Assembly: GCA_964106915.2 (NCBI GenBank)
Contig: OZ066920.1
DNA from: Podarcis gaigeae
Lineage: Eukaryota
DNA length: 64,000 bases
Reading direction: 5' to 3' (one strand)
Position numbers and translations under genes: made by a program. Under the pieces are notes generated by a model, which saw nothing but the letters and a program-made list of their open reading frames with translations, had not been told where the DNA came from and searched no databases. This document shows positions 50,461 through 64,000 of this stretch, piece by piece (the stretch's first letter is position 1; every line of letters begins with the position of its first letter).

Positions 50461-53422
50461 GCTGTTTTGCGTTGACAGTAGTGGATTTATTTCATTGTTC
50501 AAATGAGATAGCGGAAAGTCTAGTGTGCCTAATGAGAGGGCTGGCCCTGTTTGTCTAAGTTTAAAAAAAAAAAACGTTAGGTCAATGAGTACAGTATTTC
50601 CTGCAGCAAATGTAAATACCAGTCATCAAGGTAATATTAATTTGCTAAAGCAGTTGAGAGAAGCAGGATATGGTGGAGGAAGGGAATCCAATTTTCATAT
50701 AGGAACAATAATTGCGCTATCACTTGCACAAAATGCAAATAAACATAACTAGGAAAATGTTATTTAGCTATAGCAATTTACATGTACCCACTGTATGTAA
50801 GAAACATGTAACAGCCCAGTGATATTTTGAAGTTTTGAGAGTGAAACTGGAGGCTCCACCTTTGGAGGAATGCCTATAGAAATTACAAGGGAAGTTGAGG
50901 AATTTCAGTAACTTTCTGTTGGACCTGCATGCATTCAAAAGACATAAGCAACTTAATTCCATCTTTCAAAACATAGAGGAAATCCCATCCAATCCCATCC
51001 AAATTAAAGGAGAGCCCAATAGCAACAGCGGAACAAAGCCTGATCATGACATTCCTCAGAGAGCCCTCTGGCATGGTTTGCTTATGCTTCAGGATTTGAA
51101 TTGGGCCAGACTAATATCTGGGTTTGGTTCAGAATTCTGTTCAGCACACAAGACCAAAGACATTCCTGGGCCTTGCCTTGTATGATCAGAGCCTTTCTAC
51201 AGGGCCAGCAATGTCTTCAATCCAGACGTTTCCAGATTGCAGACTAACTTAGAAAATAATTCAGACCACTCAGTACCAGCATTGGATTGGCTCTTCACTG
51301 TATAAACATATACCTTTTCCTGTGAACGAGCATTCATATATTACAAATTAATTAACCCCTTAACAAATGTTAACCATGCTTTTGTTCACCACAGACTGAT
51401 TAAGCTGATGAGCCTTTTTCACTCAACTCTTGAAAAAGCACTAAACAGATAGCATGGTGAAAAATACTCTAATTTGTTTAATCTAAGATGAAAGATTCTG
51501 ATTGAAATGCTTCTGTAAGTATCTGCTGGAAGAGTCATCAGTTCACCCTTTTTGTAATTCTTTAAAAACCCTTATAATATGAACAGAAGGGTGATTAAAG
51601 GAAACTAATCTTAATTGGATGATTTTGAAAATGTTGTTTGAGGGTGCAGTATTTATTCTGGACTAATTAATTTGGAACAAAAATCTTCTGAACACAGCCT
51701 TTAGACTTGGGAGTAGGCTAAATATGCATAGCAAAACAATATTAGCTGGGTAGAGTTAAGCTTTCCATTTGTATTTGTATATATCCTCCAACAGCTCAGT
51801 TATGTTTGACCACCATTAAGCTTCCTGCTAATGCAACCTATATTAGTAAGTAGTTTTCCTACGCTAAGTGTGAATCACCATCTCTTTATTCTACAGCTTT
51901 TTCCTCCCTTTCATTTTCCTGCTGTTAGAGACCAAGAACTGACCTTAGATTACCCTTCATCTGACTCATAGTTGACAACAGATGGCCATTTCTGGGACTG
52001 TCATCAGGGTGACTTTTGAAGCACCCATGATTACTGTATTAAAGAGCCTCATGACTAGTTCACCCTCCCTTCTCCTCTCCCACCAGCCCTGGCTCCATTG
52101 TCCTCCCTTAAGATTTCCCCATTCAGAAACTGCATGTTGAAACTTATTACCTCCCAAAGTACTGCTGCAAATCTCTAGATGATCCAAGCACGTGCTGGAA
52201 AGAAAGCTTTGTGTTCCACATATCAGAAGGGTCTGATGAAACAAAATTTCCTGTGTTTTAGAAGTGGAAAGTTAACACTGCAAATTGTCTCTTTTATATT
52301 TGAGTTTTCATTCCCCAAGTTGGTTTTGCTCTAGTGACACTGTTTAAAGGTTGGGCTTGAATGGGTCTCAGTAACTTTTTTGGCTTTGTCCTTCATGAGT
52401 TCTTAGGTGCTTAGGACTTGGAATGCTGGAAAGATAGCCAAAGCTATCACTATCAGGGAGAATGTAGACTTGACACCTCCTGCCACTCTCTGTTATCTCC
52501 AATAAGCTAAACAGAACCCGTTCAACAGCACGTACATTTCAGCAAGCAGAAAATAATGTGTCACTGGAGCTCAAAAGCAATGGTAGTGCTGTGTCAGGCA
52601 GCAGCCCAACAAGATGTCTTTTTTTTATGGGGCAGAGGGCTGTGTCCTGGCAACTTTGGAACTTGTTCACCATCTCTCGACTGGATTGTCAGCAACAGAG
52701 GCAGACATTCAAAAGGTTTGTTTGGTGCTGGTTTGCATGTGTAAAAAAAGCTAAAGGTCCCCAAGAATTGCATTTTTATGGGCACGGTGGCAGGAGCAGT
52801 GGTGCTGGCTAGAAGCTGTCAGTTGGATTTATGGTGCTGACTATGAACAGCACCATTGTATCATTAGACCCCAGCTCTGGTTCCTCTTTGGTTGCTCCAT
52901 GAGGGAAGCAGGTTGAGGCAGAATCGATAGTCTTGCAGTCTACACACAACTGTTCTCTAGGCGTAATACGTTCTCCATTTTTGCTCCCAGACTAAAGAAC
53001 ACCAAACCTGGGGAATAACATTCACTATTAACATCAGAAGCCAGTGTTGTGGTGGTGTTCCTGTTGTCCTATGGGAAAGCGAGCGCTCAATATCTTCAGC
53101 AGCGGTCAGAGGCCACTGAGGATACCGCTGCTGCTGTAGCAGCAGTGCATCCTTCCTGGGTAACTCCAGCATCTATTTCTGATGCCTCTGCAGTTTGGTA
53201 AATACATGAGGTACACTGAGCCACTTGTCTAAGGCAGCAGCTTGAAAGGGGCATCGGAAGAAGCTCCCTGCTGCCCCCTCTGGAAGCCACCACCACGAGC
53301 CCTTCAGAAAATGGGCACCTTTTGCTAGTGACTGCCCTGCCGCTGGAGCTCCTGTTGCCAGCAACTACTGGCTGGATATTTTGACAAAGCCCTGTTATTT
53401 GGTTCATCTGCAGTGTCTGTAG

Positions 53423-53560
53423 CAGGAACAGCCAACATGGTGCCCTCCAGATGTTGTTGGACTACAACTCCCATCATCCCTTACCATTGGTTGTGCTGCC
53501 TGGGGGTGGTGGGAGTTGTAGTCCGCAAGCATCTGGAAGACTTTCCATTAGCTACCACTA
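53423..53560. mobile_element. Palindromic hAT-like MITE (ctacaactcccatcatcc family)
   Basis: tccagatgttgttggactacaactccca / tgggagttgtagtccgcaagcatctgga; TSD-like gtctgtag / gtctacag. Confidence 0.82.
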
Positions 53561-53783
53561 GTCTACAGTAGGTAGAGGCCTCTGGTGCTGAGGGGTACAG
53601 CAGAAGCCGGCCCCATCTTGCTCAGAAAGCAAAATGGCTTGCTCTGGACCAAGGGGGTGGCAATTCATCAGTTTATATTATAGATAGGAGAATAGCTTGA
53701 CCAAGCCACCTATGACATTTATTTGGGCTCCCCGCCTTTGAAAAACTGATTCAGTTTTTCTTTTCATTGTTTTGATCGGTCTA

Positions 53784-53998
53784 CAGTGGTACTTCAGGTC
53801 ACAGACACTTCAGGTTACAGACTCAGCTAACCCAGAAATAGTACCTCGGGTTAAGAACTTTGCTTCAGGATGAGAATGGAAATCGTGTGGCGGCAGTGGG
53901 AGGCCCTATTAGCTAAAGTAGTACCTCAGGTTAAGAATAGTTTCAAGTTAAGAACGGACCTTCAGAATGAATTAAGTTTTTAACCTGAAGTACCACTG
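53784..53998. mobile_element. Tc1/mariner-pogo (Tigger-like) MITE
   Basis: Perfect 16-bp TIR cagtggtacttcaggt / acctgaagtaccactg with TA on both sides. Confidence 0.92.
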
Positions 53999-55287
53999 TA
54001 TTCTACAGTTTCTTTATGTTAAGAGATTTTTGTGACTTCTTTCATTCTCTTTGTGTCCTTTCCCCCCCTTTTCATCTATGATATGAGTCAGAAGAAGCAG
54101 GATGTTCATTCTGTTGTGAAGTGCTCCCAGGGGCATTTTGACCTACTGCTGAAAGAGGTGCCTTGCTGTCCTGTCCTTACTGTGGAGATAGAGATTTCAC
54201 CTCTTAGCCAGGAAAAACTGCAGTCGCCTGGACACCAGCAGATGAAATCATAGCAAGGTGCTTCCTGCAGTAAATGGCAGCATGATGTATCCATAAATCC
54301 CCAGTCTGGAATTGCTGCTGTCATGACAAACTCCGCTTCTGCTTTCTGTCTGTAAAATGGGGATAATTATTAGTGACAGTTTTCCTATACCATCAAATAT
54401 TTTGCCAAGGCAGCCTTCTTTGGGTATGTGTTTTATAAGGATTATGAAGCATCATTAGCAAACCAAGAGTAAACAGAAAACATGAGGCTTAGAATAGGAG
54501 AAGCATAAATCTGAATCTAATCATAATCAACCCTTAATCTAAACAGGGTGGGGATGCTGTTGATGCATTGTTTTATATGACTGTTTCAGACACAGAAAGG
54601 CTGCTGTGTATCTTGAAAGATCTATTGTTTGCTATTGACAGGGTATGCTAGAGCAAGATATTTTCCAGAGCCAAACCTGTATTTTAAGAGGAATTCGCAT
54701 TTGTATCCTTTATTGTGATATTTGGCGGCAAGTCTACAGCTAGTAACAGTCTCTGCCCTGGAGCTATGAAGGAGTAAGACTCCATTGTTGGAGAGAGAGT
54801 GGTGCTCTGTGTAAAAACCTGAGATGTGGTAGGCAAGATGAATCGCGCTTAAAAGCAGTGCTTGCGGTGCTGTCATTTAGAACAGGGAACACTGAAGCTT
54901 TAAACGAAAGTGAAAGGCAGGATAAACGCCCCCTTTAAAAGTGGTGGAATTCTTAAACTGCCTACAACAACAAATCCTTTCCATTGATGACTGCACTGAG
55001 GGCAATACAATTTGGCAGTGGATGACTCTCTCTTGGGATGAGATGTACAGAATCTTTTTTTAAAAAAATGTAAATACAATCATTTTGTAACAGCATGGCA
55101 AGTATTTTATGGAGGCGCATGTACCAGAAATTCTATAAAGAAGTAGGCTTGGCGTGACTTTATTCTCAGAGCATTTTATTTGCTGCTTTAAGACTGATTA
55201 ACGTGTAAAATAACTCAAACAAAGGACTCTGTGACACAGCTGATTCCTGACCATTGCCTTTCCTCTCTTCTGCTAAATTCCATACTT

Positions 55288-55380
55288 ACGGTGCAATCCT
55301 GTACAAGTCTACATAAAAGAAAGCCCCGTTGAGCTCAGTGAGACTTACCTCCTGGTAAGAGGAGATAGAATAGCAGCCTT
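55288..55380. mobile_element. About 90-bp squamate palindromic mini-repeat
   Basis: ggtgcaatcctgtac...cagtgagacttacctcc...atagaatagcagcct; related ends occur near 34594 and 62701. Confidence 0.5.
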
Positions 55381-58300
55381 GATCATTTACATATGAGTTA
55401 AATTTAAGTCCTGGCTTTCTTCTTTAAAAGAATCAAATTTTAGTTTAGTATACATGGCAGAGTCTTGCTCGCCCTGCTGGTCAAGTTTCACGTGGTTTAC
55501 ATGGTTTAATGCCTTCCTGTCATTGTTGATTTGTGTTGGCTTTTAAAATAGTCCAACTCAGAGCTGAGGGTTGGGCACACTTTCCACAATGTGGCGCTGC
55601 TTAATAATCGTTCCACTTCAGCGAGGTCTCCATAGTGGCATGGTGCCCTGTCCATTGGCATAGTTTAGCATGACAATGGGATTCAGCACTGGTTCTGTGT
55701 TATATGTTTTTCTTTAACAGTGTCCACTGTCCCGTCAGTATAGAAGGGCAACAGGGCTAGCTACGTAAGGCTTGTCTTAAGATAGGGTTTCAGGTTTTAT
55801 TTAGAATTTGTTTTGTGAGTTAGCTTTTGATCAAGCCATGGCTTTTTACTGTAGATCCCTCTGCATATTTGAAAGTATTTTCCTAAGTAACTTGCATTTA
55901 CCTCTGGATCTTCTCTGGGTGGTGCATACAGGTAATTTATTTCTGCTACATGAAAAATTTAGGCCGGCTCTTCCATTAGGCAGAGTGAGACAGTTGCCCC
56001 AGGTAGCTGATATTGAGTGTCATGAAAGGGGAGAAAACTATTAGCTGTTTAGTTAATTGTCACTGTATTTTTCCTCAAAGGAGCGACAGAAGTGTTTGTG
56101 GCGTTTTCTGCTTCAGAAGCCAAAACAATTTGAACTTTAGAGTTGTTGTTGTTGTTGAATTTATAAACCGCCCTATATCTGGAGGTCTCAGGACGGTTCA
56201 CAGAGGGTACTTGGCAAGAGTGAGGGAGAGACAATGTTTGCTGCTCCACCCTCAGGAAGAAAAATATCTTGCACTGGCCCTGAGGGCACAAAATATCATC
56301 TTCACATGATACTTCAATGTACAGCTTCAAAAGGCAGCTCCTCCCACCCCCTGCTGCTTTCCTAGTTTTGTAATGTATTTATTCTACTAAACACATCAGC
56401 AAAACATAGGGTGCATATCAGTCTTTGAATGGTAGTTTCTCGCTCTGTCTGTGCGTGTCTTCCTGCAGATATATACCATACCATGTAGAGAAATGCTGTA
56501 CCATTAAATATTAGCAGTGCATTTTGCTTTGCTTTGAGTTTGTCAAGGTGAAAGGTGATTGTGCAGGAAAATGGAACACTATATTTGCTGTGCGACAGGC
56601 AGTAAGAACTCGCTCCCATGCTCAGTTATAATTCATGACTGTACTGGTGGGAAGTCCTTATCCCTCTGTGGAGTTAATGCATCTCTACTGTAGCCTGCTG
56701 AGAGCACCCTGCGTCCCCTCCCACCATCTGTGCATTCACTTGCGTGCCTTCGCCAGCTCTCTTTGCCGCGAGATCTCTTGGTGTTAAAACTGTCAAAGTA
56801 CTTCTGCCTGGTAGAAGTGGCTTGATGGTGTGTATTAATGTTAAATTGTCGTCTAAATGGAAAAGAGCCAGAAGAGAGATTTATTATAGGCCCCGTTTTT
56901 GAAAACACTATACTGATGGGTGTCTGGCTCTTTTTAAAGGACTTTGGAGTCTCTAATTTGCTTTGCTTTCCTGATGGAATTTCTGTATGGGAAAAGTGAT
57001 GAACTAAATGGCTTTTGTCAGTTTTCTGGATCTTCTGCTGATTTGTTGGCACACTGACCTTTTATTTCTTGAAGCATTTGCATCCCACATTTGCCTGAAA
57101 TGTAGCAAACTGAACAGTATTTACCCACCCATTGCCTAATTTGTGCCTGCAACTATTTTTCGCTTTCCTCATGCTTATTTCCTCTCTGAACTGAGGCAGC
57201 CCTCTCAGAGTCAGAGAGTTAATTGCCTCCATGTTTCCCAAGGCATGGAAATCACATGACCAGAAAATATAAGCAAACAGTGTCGTTTCTAAAATAGACC
57301 CCATATGAAGATTTTTTTATTGGGTGAAAGGGCTGTCTGAAGAGAACTGAGCTGTGACAAGAGCCTGGAGTACACAATAGGAGGGTCAGAATTGGACCAC
57401 AGAGATTTAGGATGGCACTCTTATTACCATGACCCCTTGCTGCTGCCCTGGGTTCTATGACTACAAATAAGATGGAAAGATATAGATATACAGATAGTAG
57501 CAATGCAACAATAATATATTTATGGATTTCACAGTGTGTGTCGATGCAGTTTGTTGTTAACACAACTTTAGAACATAAATCAAATCTAGACCTCAGTTGC
57601 CTGTGAATAACTTTAACAGATGTGATATCATAAGAGGCTCAGTGTGTTGTGAATTGCAAAAATGACCTTTTGTGTTTGTTCGTGTTTATAATCTTTCAGA
57701 GCTTTTTTTTCACTGAGATTTAGTATCCACAAATGTCAGGTGAATGTTCAACATTAGCAACTACCTAGGCTTTCTCCCAGAACATTGGTAGGCTGTGTAA
57801 CTATGATGAAGTTCTCTTTTCTCACCACTGGAAGTGTCTTTACATACTCTCTGCCTTGTTTTATAGCATAAAAGATAGAAAACCAAGAATTTGTTGCACA
57901 GGATCGAAATACCTTCCCTTAAGGAAGATTTTCTGTTTTGGGAATGGTTCATTTTGCTAGCACTCAGACCGCAAAACATTGATTTCCACCCCCTAGCTTC
58001 CTAGGACATTTGGAGCACTGTGTGTATAAATGGCCATGCAGGAATCTCAGCGTCCATTGGATAGTGTGTATGATGTCACTGGTGATAAACCTCTCCAACA
58101 TGGCCCATGCCATTTTTTTAACTCCTTGTTTTCCTCTGAGGAAGGGCTTTTCAAAATAAAATCATGCTAATGTTCTCAGTTGGGCAGTCCCCCGGGTCAC
58201 TGGAGCACTCAGCCAGTGCTAGGTGGGATGTGTTTTCTTTAAGAAGCAGCAAGCTTTTCCACCTTCCCTTTTGCTATTCTGCCATTTCAGAACATGAGTA

Positions 58301-58758
58301 AAATTGATTAAGCAAAGGGGAAGTTTTCAGGAGATCTTCCAGCTTGGTTACACACACAGAGTGAGAGAGAAAGTCTGGAAACTACAGCATGACTTCCCTT
58401 CTCCCATTCTATCTATTACATGGACACCGTATATCAAACTGCAGGCATTGATTGGAGTTAGCGCAAGTATAGCTCTATATAAAAAGTTTGAGCTTTTTTC
58501 TTATTATCTTTAAAAGCACCGTATGGTGAGTGAAGCATCATACAAAAGTTCAACGGTGTTTTTTTAAAAAAAATAATAAAGTAGGGCAAAAATGACTTGA
58601 GAAGCTCAGTGTCTAGGTTTTCTTAGGTGAAAGATCACTTTGAGATGACATGGCTGAGTAGTCAGGTTGAAATCCTTCTTGGTATTTTATTAATTTTGCA
58701 CCAAGATAAATCCTGAAATTCTGACAAACTCCATGACAGGTGAAATTCCTTCTTGCAG

Positions 58759-58922
58759 NNNNNNNNNNNNNNNNNNNNNNNNNNNNNNNNNNNNNNNNNN
58801 NNNNNNNNNNNNNNNNNNNNNNNNNNNNNNNNNNNNNNNNNNNNNNNNNNNNNNNNNNNNNNNNNNNNNNNNNNNNNNNNNNNNNNNNNNNNNNNNNNNN
58901 NNNNNNNNNNNNNNNNNNNNNN
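58759..58922. other. N-block (164 nt)
   Basis: Run of N. Confidence 0.99.
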
Positions 58923-59472
58923 TGGAAAGCAATCTCCTGCAGACTGGCACAGAAGTGAGCTTTAAACTACTATTTTCTGCTCTCCAGAGGAGCCTGGAGT
59001 ACTAAAAGATAGATGGACTGCAGATATTTTATGAGAAACTGTCAGAAGAAGAGCAGGGTAAATGTTTTTTTTCCCATTCTTCTTTGAGTCATGTGCTACA
59101 TCATTGTACAATTTCTCCCAGAGTCTTGTACATTTAAGGGAAGGAATTAATTGGTTGCCTACGCTAATTTCTTTTCCCTGTATTCCTCTTTTTATTTTTC
59201 ACTATTTTTTTCCCTTTCTGTTTTATTTTTTTTTAAAAAAAATATTCACTCAGAGGCCCTCTGCTTAACCACAGTTGCAGAAAATCAGTACCATTTGCAC
59301 TGAAATATTTATAATGACAGAATGAAAAATTGGATTCATTTTCTGGCTTGTAGCCGAACAGTCGGCAACTTTGTGCAGTGTTGTTCAGCATCTCCCTCCC
59401 TTCGTTTCATTGGGCTTGTCTTCCAGCACATGCACACACAGAGAGGATGCTTCATAGGAATGCTTACAAAAC

Positions 59473-59476
<4 letters not shown>

Positions 59477-59511
<35 letters not shown>

Positions 59512-59536
59512 CTCGCTCTCGCTCTCGCTCGCTCTC
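59477..59536. repeat. (TC)n grading into (TCGCTC)n microsatellite
   Basis: Directly visible. Confidence 0.93.
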
Positions 59537-62500
59537 ATCACAGCAATGAGAAAACAAGTACTACGTAACCTTTCAACCATTTATAATATGTATAGTTGGA
59601 GAGAGAGGGTGGAAGAAGGTAAAACAAGTAGGGGAGATTATGAAAGATGACAAGTAGTAATCTATTTTGTGTGGGGAAGCAGTGTACAGATGGAATTCCG
59701 AGGATTACTTCAATGTATTCATTGAGAGGCAGTGTGTGGATTTAACGCTAGACAGAACGCCTGGAACTTCCTCCTAATTCTTACTCTGTCACTGACTCCG
59801 AGGGCCAAACTACAAATTACAGGGGGGGGGGGCACCCCACTCACTCTGTTTTAAGAAAGCTACAGGGGCCAAAATTGGGGGTGGGAGTGGGGGGGTGAGG
59901 GAGAGAAGTGGTGTCCATTCAAGATTCTGTTTTATAGCCTCTGAAGAATGAATTAACCTGGGTCAAAATGCAACAAGACCATGACCTCTAACATAAACTC
60001 AGGGCACTGTTCTTAAATTTACTATCTGTGCACCAGAGTAGCTGGAAATGCACCAGGGTCCAGGTCTGAGCATCCAGGGTCAGTCCCAGATATTTTGCTA
60101 CCTAGCTTCCCTCTGGAAATAAAAATTCCCAAGCAATTGTAGTCACCCACTGTATGAGCCTCATGCACTGCTTTTGGTATGCCTCGTCACCCTGTGCAAA
60201 ATTAATGCTCTGTCCTAGAGTGTGGAGATCAACTAGTCAGATCAGACTCTCTTTTCTGAAGCCGTGTAGAAAGATCGTCTCATTTCTAAATCGACCCCCC
60301 AGCCGCCCCAAAGCAGGGCCTTCAGAGGGAAGGAACAGGACTGACAAGGCACTAGGCTTCAGATCACACAAGTGTTTTGAGATAGAAGAGTGACTTTTCC
60401 TCTAACTGTACACCTGGTATAGAATGATCTGGAGGCGAGTTCAACAAACACCATGCCCAGTAAACAAGAACAAAAAGCCAAAGGGGTATGACATGCCTGG
60501 ATTGTTTCTTGACAGGTGAAATAATATTTTTAAAAATGTTGAATTGCTTAAGATCTAATAATGTTTAAACAAAAATGGGGCAAATGCAGATACAGATGAA
60601 GAAAAATTAAATGAGGACAAATCACTGAGATTTAGCCCAGTTTGGAGGTTCAGCCTTTCAAAACTGTGTGACTTCAGTTGTCAGTTACCAAGGAACTAGA
60701 TTTACACCATACCTGCAGGAAAATATTCCTGTATGGGCTAAATGCTGTGTGATGAATAGGATCCCACTATGAATGGAATCGGATGAAAATGGCATTTTGT
60801 GTTTCTGTGTCATTTCCCCTCACACATGCAGAATCATTTTCTTCTTCCTTGAATTATAACCTATCAGTAGAATTAATTATGTTTTCTGAGGAAAATAATT
60901 CTCACCGATTTACTTTGCTGGCTTTACATTTCAAAATAAAGGCTGACTTACTAGGATCAGTACAAAACATTATGAATGCGCAGCCTGCTGTAATTTGTGT
61001 GATATATACGTTACTAACAGCAAAAGTTTTGTACAGTCTTGCAAATTTGGCTTTTTTATTATGTTCCCAAAGTGGGTTTGAAGGAATGTACTGTCAGGTC
61101 AGCATAAAGTGATGTGCGTTCTGCTACAAACAGCATTGTAACTCACACTATTGCCCTAAAATGGTTTTTAACAGAGCAAATGCTTTGATTTTCCAAAAAA
61201 AAAAAAAAATGTCTACAAAGTAGTCTTGTCTACAAAGAGATGGCAAACTTTTCTGCTGCTCGGTATATACATATGCAACTGATTTTATGCTTAAAGTCAG
61301 TTTTCATTTTGCTCTATTTATGTGGGAAGGTGTAATTTTTTTGAATTTTAACTGCTTTACAATAGCATGAAAAGTAGAATATCACATTCGCAGATGAATG
61401 CAATGCAGTCTTCTCATACTCAGTACAAACTTGTTTTGTCTAAAATAAGACACTATACAGAGCAGCTTTTAAATGGTTGTTAGTTTTGATCTAGTATAAG
61501 CTGACCTACTTCCCCTGAATATGTGGCCTAGGGGTGGGCAAGACTTTCCATAATGAGCTGAGAGGGGAGTGTAATGAAATCTGCTACCCCTTTGTACAAT
61601 ATTGTTCAGGATGTTGCCTCATCACTTGCCACAGCACCATTGAACATAGGCAGCCTTCTCTCTTGCATCCACTGGCCTCCTTCCCTATTTCAAGTCTATG
61701 TACAGCTGCTCTCTGGCCTCCCCTCTTTTATCTTATCTACTGCAAGACCACTTCCAGTAAGTCATGGCCAAGCCACAGGAAGTAAATAGCACTTTCATGG
61801 ACAATAAACAGCTAGGAGGGGCCCATTTTCATCCCTCATAAAAACTAGCACAGGGTTCTGATCCAGACTGGGAGCATATTCCACACGGGGGCCACCGGAC
61901 TATTCCCCAGCCTCTCCAGATAAAAATGTCCCATACAGTTTGGACTTTAGCCTCCTGCCTTCAGTCTTTCCCCTACCACCTCCCCACAATCAGTCAAAGC
62001 AGTAGAATAAATGTAATCCTTGTTTAGGTTATTATGAAGTAGTACAAAAATGGATTAAATCCAATGGCAAATTTAATTAGGTTTGCATTAGGGTGCTAGA
62101 GAAGGGGGAAGCGGGATTGCATGTATAGATGGAAGTCAAGCCTTTGATGAATTTGTAGTCCTGTTAACCCCTGGTAGCTGTTGTCCTTTCAGGCAAGAAG
62201 TCCCCTCAGTCCTTTTTGCCCAGCAACACCCACCCACCCATCCACCCACCCTCCATGCATGGTGTAAAACTAGTTTGATCTGAGACAGTCAAGTTGCTAG
62301 TGAATCGTTTGAATTACCTTGGCAGCATTGCACTAGTTTGTAAGGATTGCAAACATTCAAGTTGGCGTGAGACAAGGGAAGGGACTAGTCTTGCTGGTAG
62401 GTGATATGACAAGAGTGCTTACTCGGGAACCCTTGCTATGTTTTCCTTTCCCTGGGAAGGAGAAGGATGTTTGGTGAGTCACCTCCCAAGAGAAAGATTA

Positions 62501-62719
62501 CTGTTTTTCTAAAATGCCACCTATTGCACCTTCTCAGTTTTCTAGTGGTACCTCTCCCAACCACATACACCCCAGTTTCCAGAAGGGGTGACCCTGGTGT
62601 GTATGAGGAAGAAGTTTCAGTGGGCATTCTCTCCATGTGGCCTAGGGCTTCTGACATTACTTTCATGCCATTGGATGACAAATACTGAAAGGTGGCTTTC
62701 AGGCTGCAATCCTATGCAC

Positions 62720-62850
62720 TCTGTACTATAACATTTCTTGATTTTCTTTTCATGTTTTATGATTTCTTTTTTTAAAAAAAAATGTTGTAAGCCACCCTGG
62801 GTAGTGCATTTGCCTCAGAAGGGTGAGGCATAAATGCCTAAATAAATAAA
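62720..62850 (+). mobile_element. L2-type 3' tail
   Basis: T-rich stretch then ttgtaagccaccctggg...gaagggtgaggcataaat...aaataaataaa. Similar tails near 6660, 9240, 9960 and 41700. Confidence 0.6.
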
Positions 62851-64000
62851 GCTACCCTGCCAGAGTGGTTCAGGATAAAAAGGCAAATGTAGACAAGCAT
62901 ACAAACATGGAACATAGGTATATGCCATTTCACATTTTAGCAAACGTATTGTGCATGCTGACATTTGAGAATGGCTGCTGTACATAATAAATATGCCGGA
63001 CTCATGAAGTTACAAGCAAATGTTACAGCGGACAGCAAGCAGCACAAACATGTCTGCATTATGGGAAATGTTAGAATTCAGCTTCTCTTTGGTACATTCT
63101 GTATGGCAAATATGACTTGATAACTGAGCTACAGGTAGTTTTTCAAGAAGCGAAACAGAAATTGCAGCAGCAATAAGAGTTGGCACGTGATGGTATGACA
63201 GCAGAGATCTTGCTGACATGGAGGTTCTGTCGTGGAGATGTTTTTGAACTGTGGGAACTTCAAGCATAACACAACCCCGAATCCCATGTTTTCTTTCCAT
63301 GCTGGCAAGAGCAGATTCTGGGCGAAGCTGCTCTCTCTCTCCTGCCTTTTAAGCTCAAGCCTTTGCTGTTGTGCTTTTGTTGTTTATATATTTTGAATGC
63401 CAAGGCAGTTTAGCAAAGTTATTAGTTTATACATTTTGCAAAGGTAAAGTAACCATAAGAGCTTTAAATTAGAGTAAGTGCCACTACACTATGACAGATT
63501 CCTTTGAGTACTGATTAGAAAGGAGGCCTCCTGTTGGCTGCCCCTTTATGCGTAGCAGCATTACTGTGTCTGCTTGTTTATAGCTTGCTTTTTCAAATGG
63601 TGTAAGCGTGCGGTAGGATGATGAATCGCCTTCTGATAGACAAGATTCTGCCTTTATTCTAGGATCAAGACAATGTTTCACTTTAAAGAGTTGCTTTAAT
63701 TAGATGGAAGTGTTCCTGCCTCATCTAATGCAGTAGCTTTGATTGCATGTTACATAGGAACATGAGATATATAGTACAGTTGTTCCATCAGAGCTCCACA
63801 AGACAGATCTGGGGTGTTGTTTTTTTTGCAACATGTGGTGGGACAGGTGAAGGGACATATTGCCACACAGACATGGTGCAGCTAGCCTTATACAGAGTTC
63901 TTTTCACTTTGAGCCAAGGTTTTCCTTATTTAAAGGTAATTGCAGCAACATGGGATAGAAGAAAGAAACAGGGACAGACATTCAACATAAGTAGGTGGTA

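Overview
Vertebrate nuclear DNA, most likely a squamate reptile and probably a lacertid-type lizard, judged from its Sauria/Squam SINEs and squamate MITE families. It appears to lie inside the + strand gene ZNF521. Two coding exons are visible (40618-40749 and 45130-45245), encoding the C-terminal C2H2 zinc fingers. The preceding exon and the terminal coding exon are not visible. The rest is intron containing: Tc1/mariner-pogo and hAT MITEs (several with intact TIRs/TSDs, one nested), tRNA-derived SINEs, MIR/L2/CR1 relics, a DIRS reverse-transcriptase relic, and Penelope-like element (PLE) 3' ends, one with a near-intact minimal hammerhead ribozyme. Eight irregular N-blocks (1715 nt in total) sit in unique-looking DNA and may be masked, highly conserved non-coding elements rather than ordinary assembly gaps. 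I see no prokaryotic system, CRISPR array or convincing novel protein-coding gene. Repeat family names come from motif recognition and need Dfam/Repbase confirmation.
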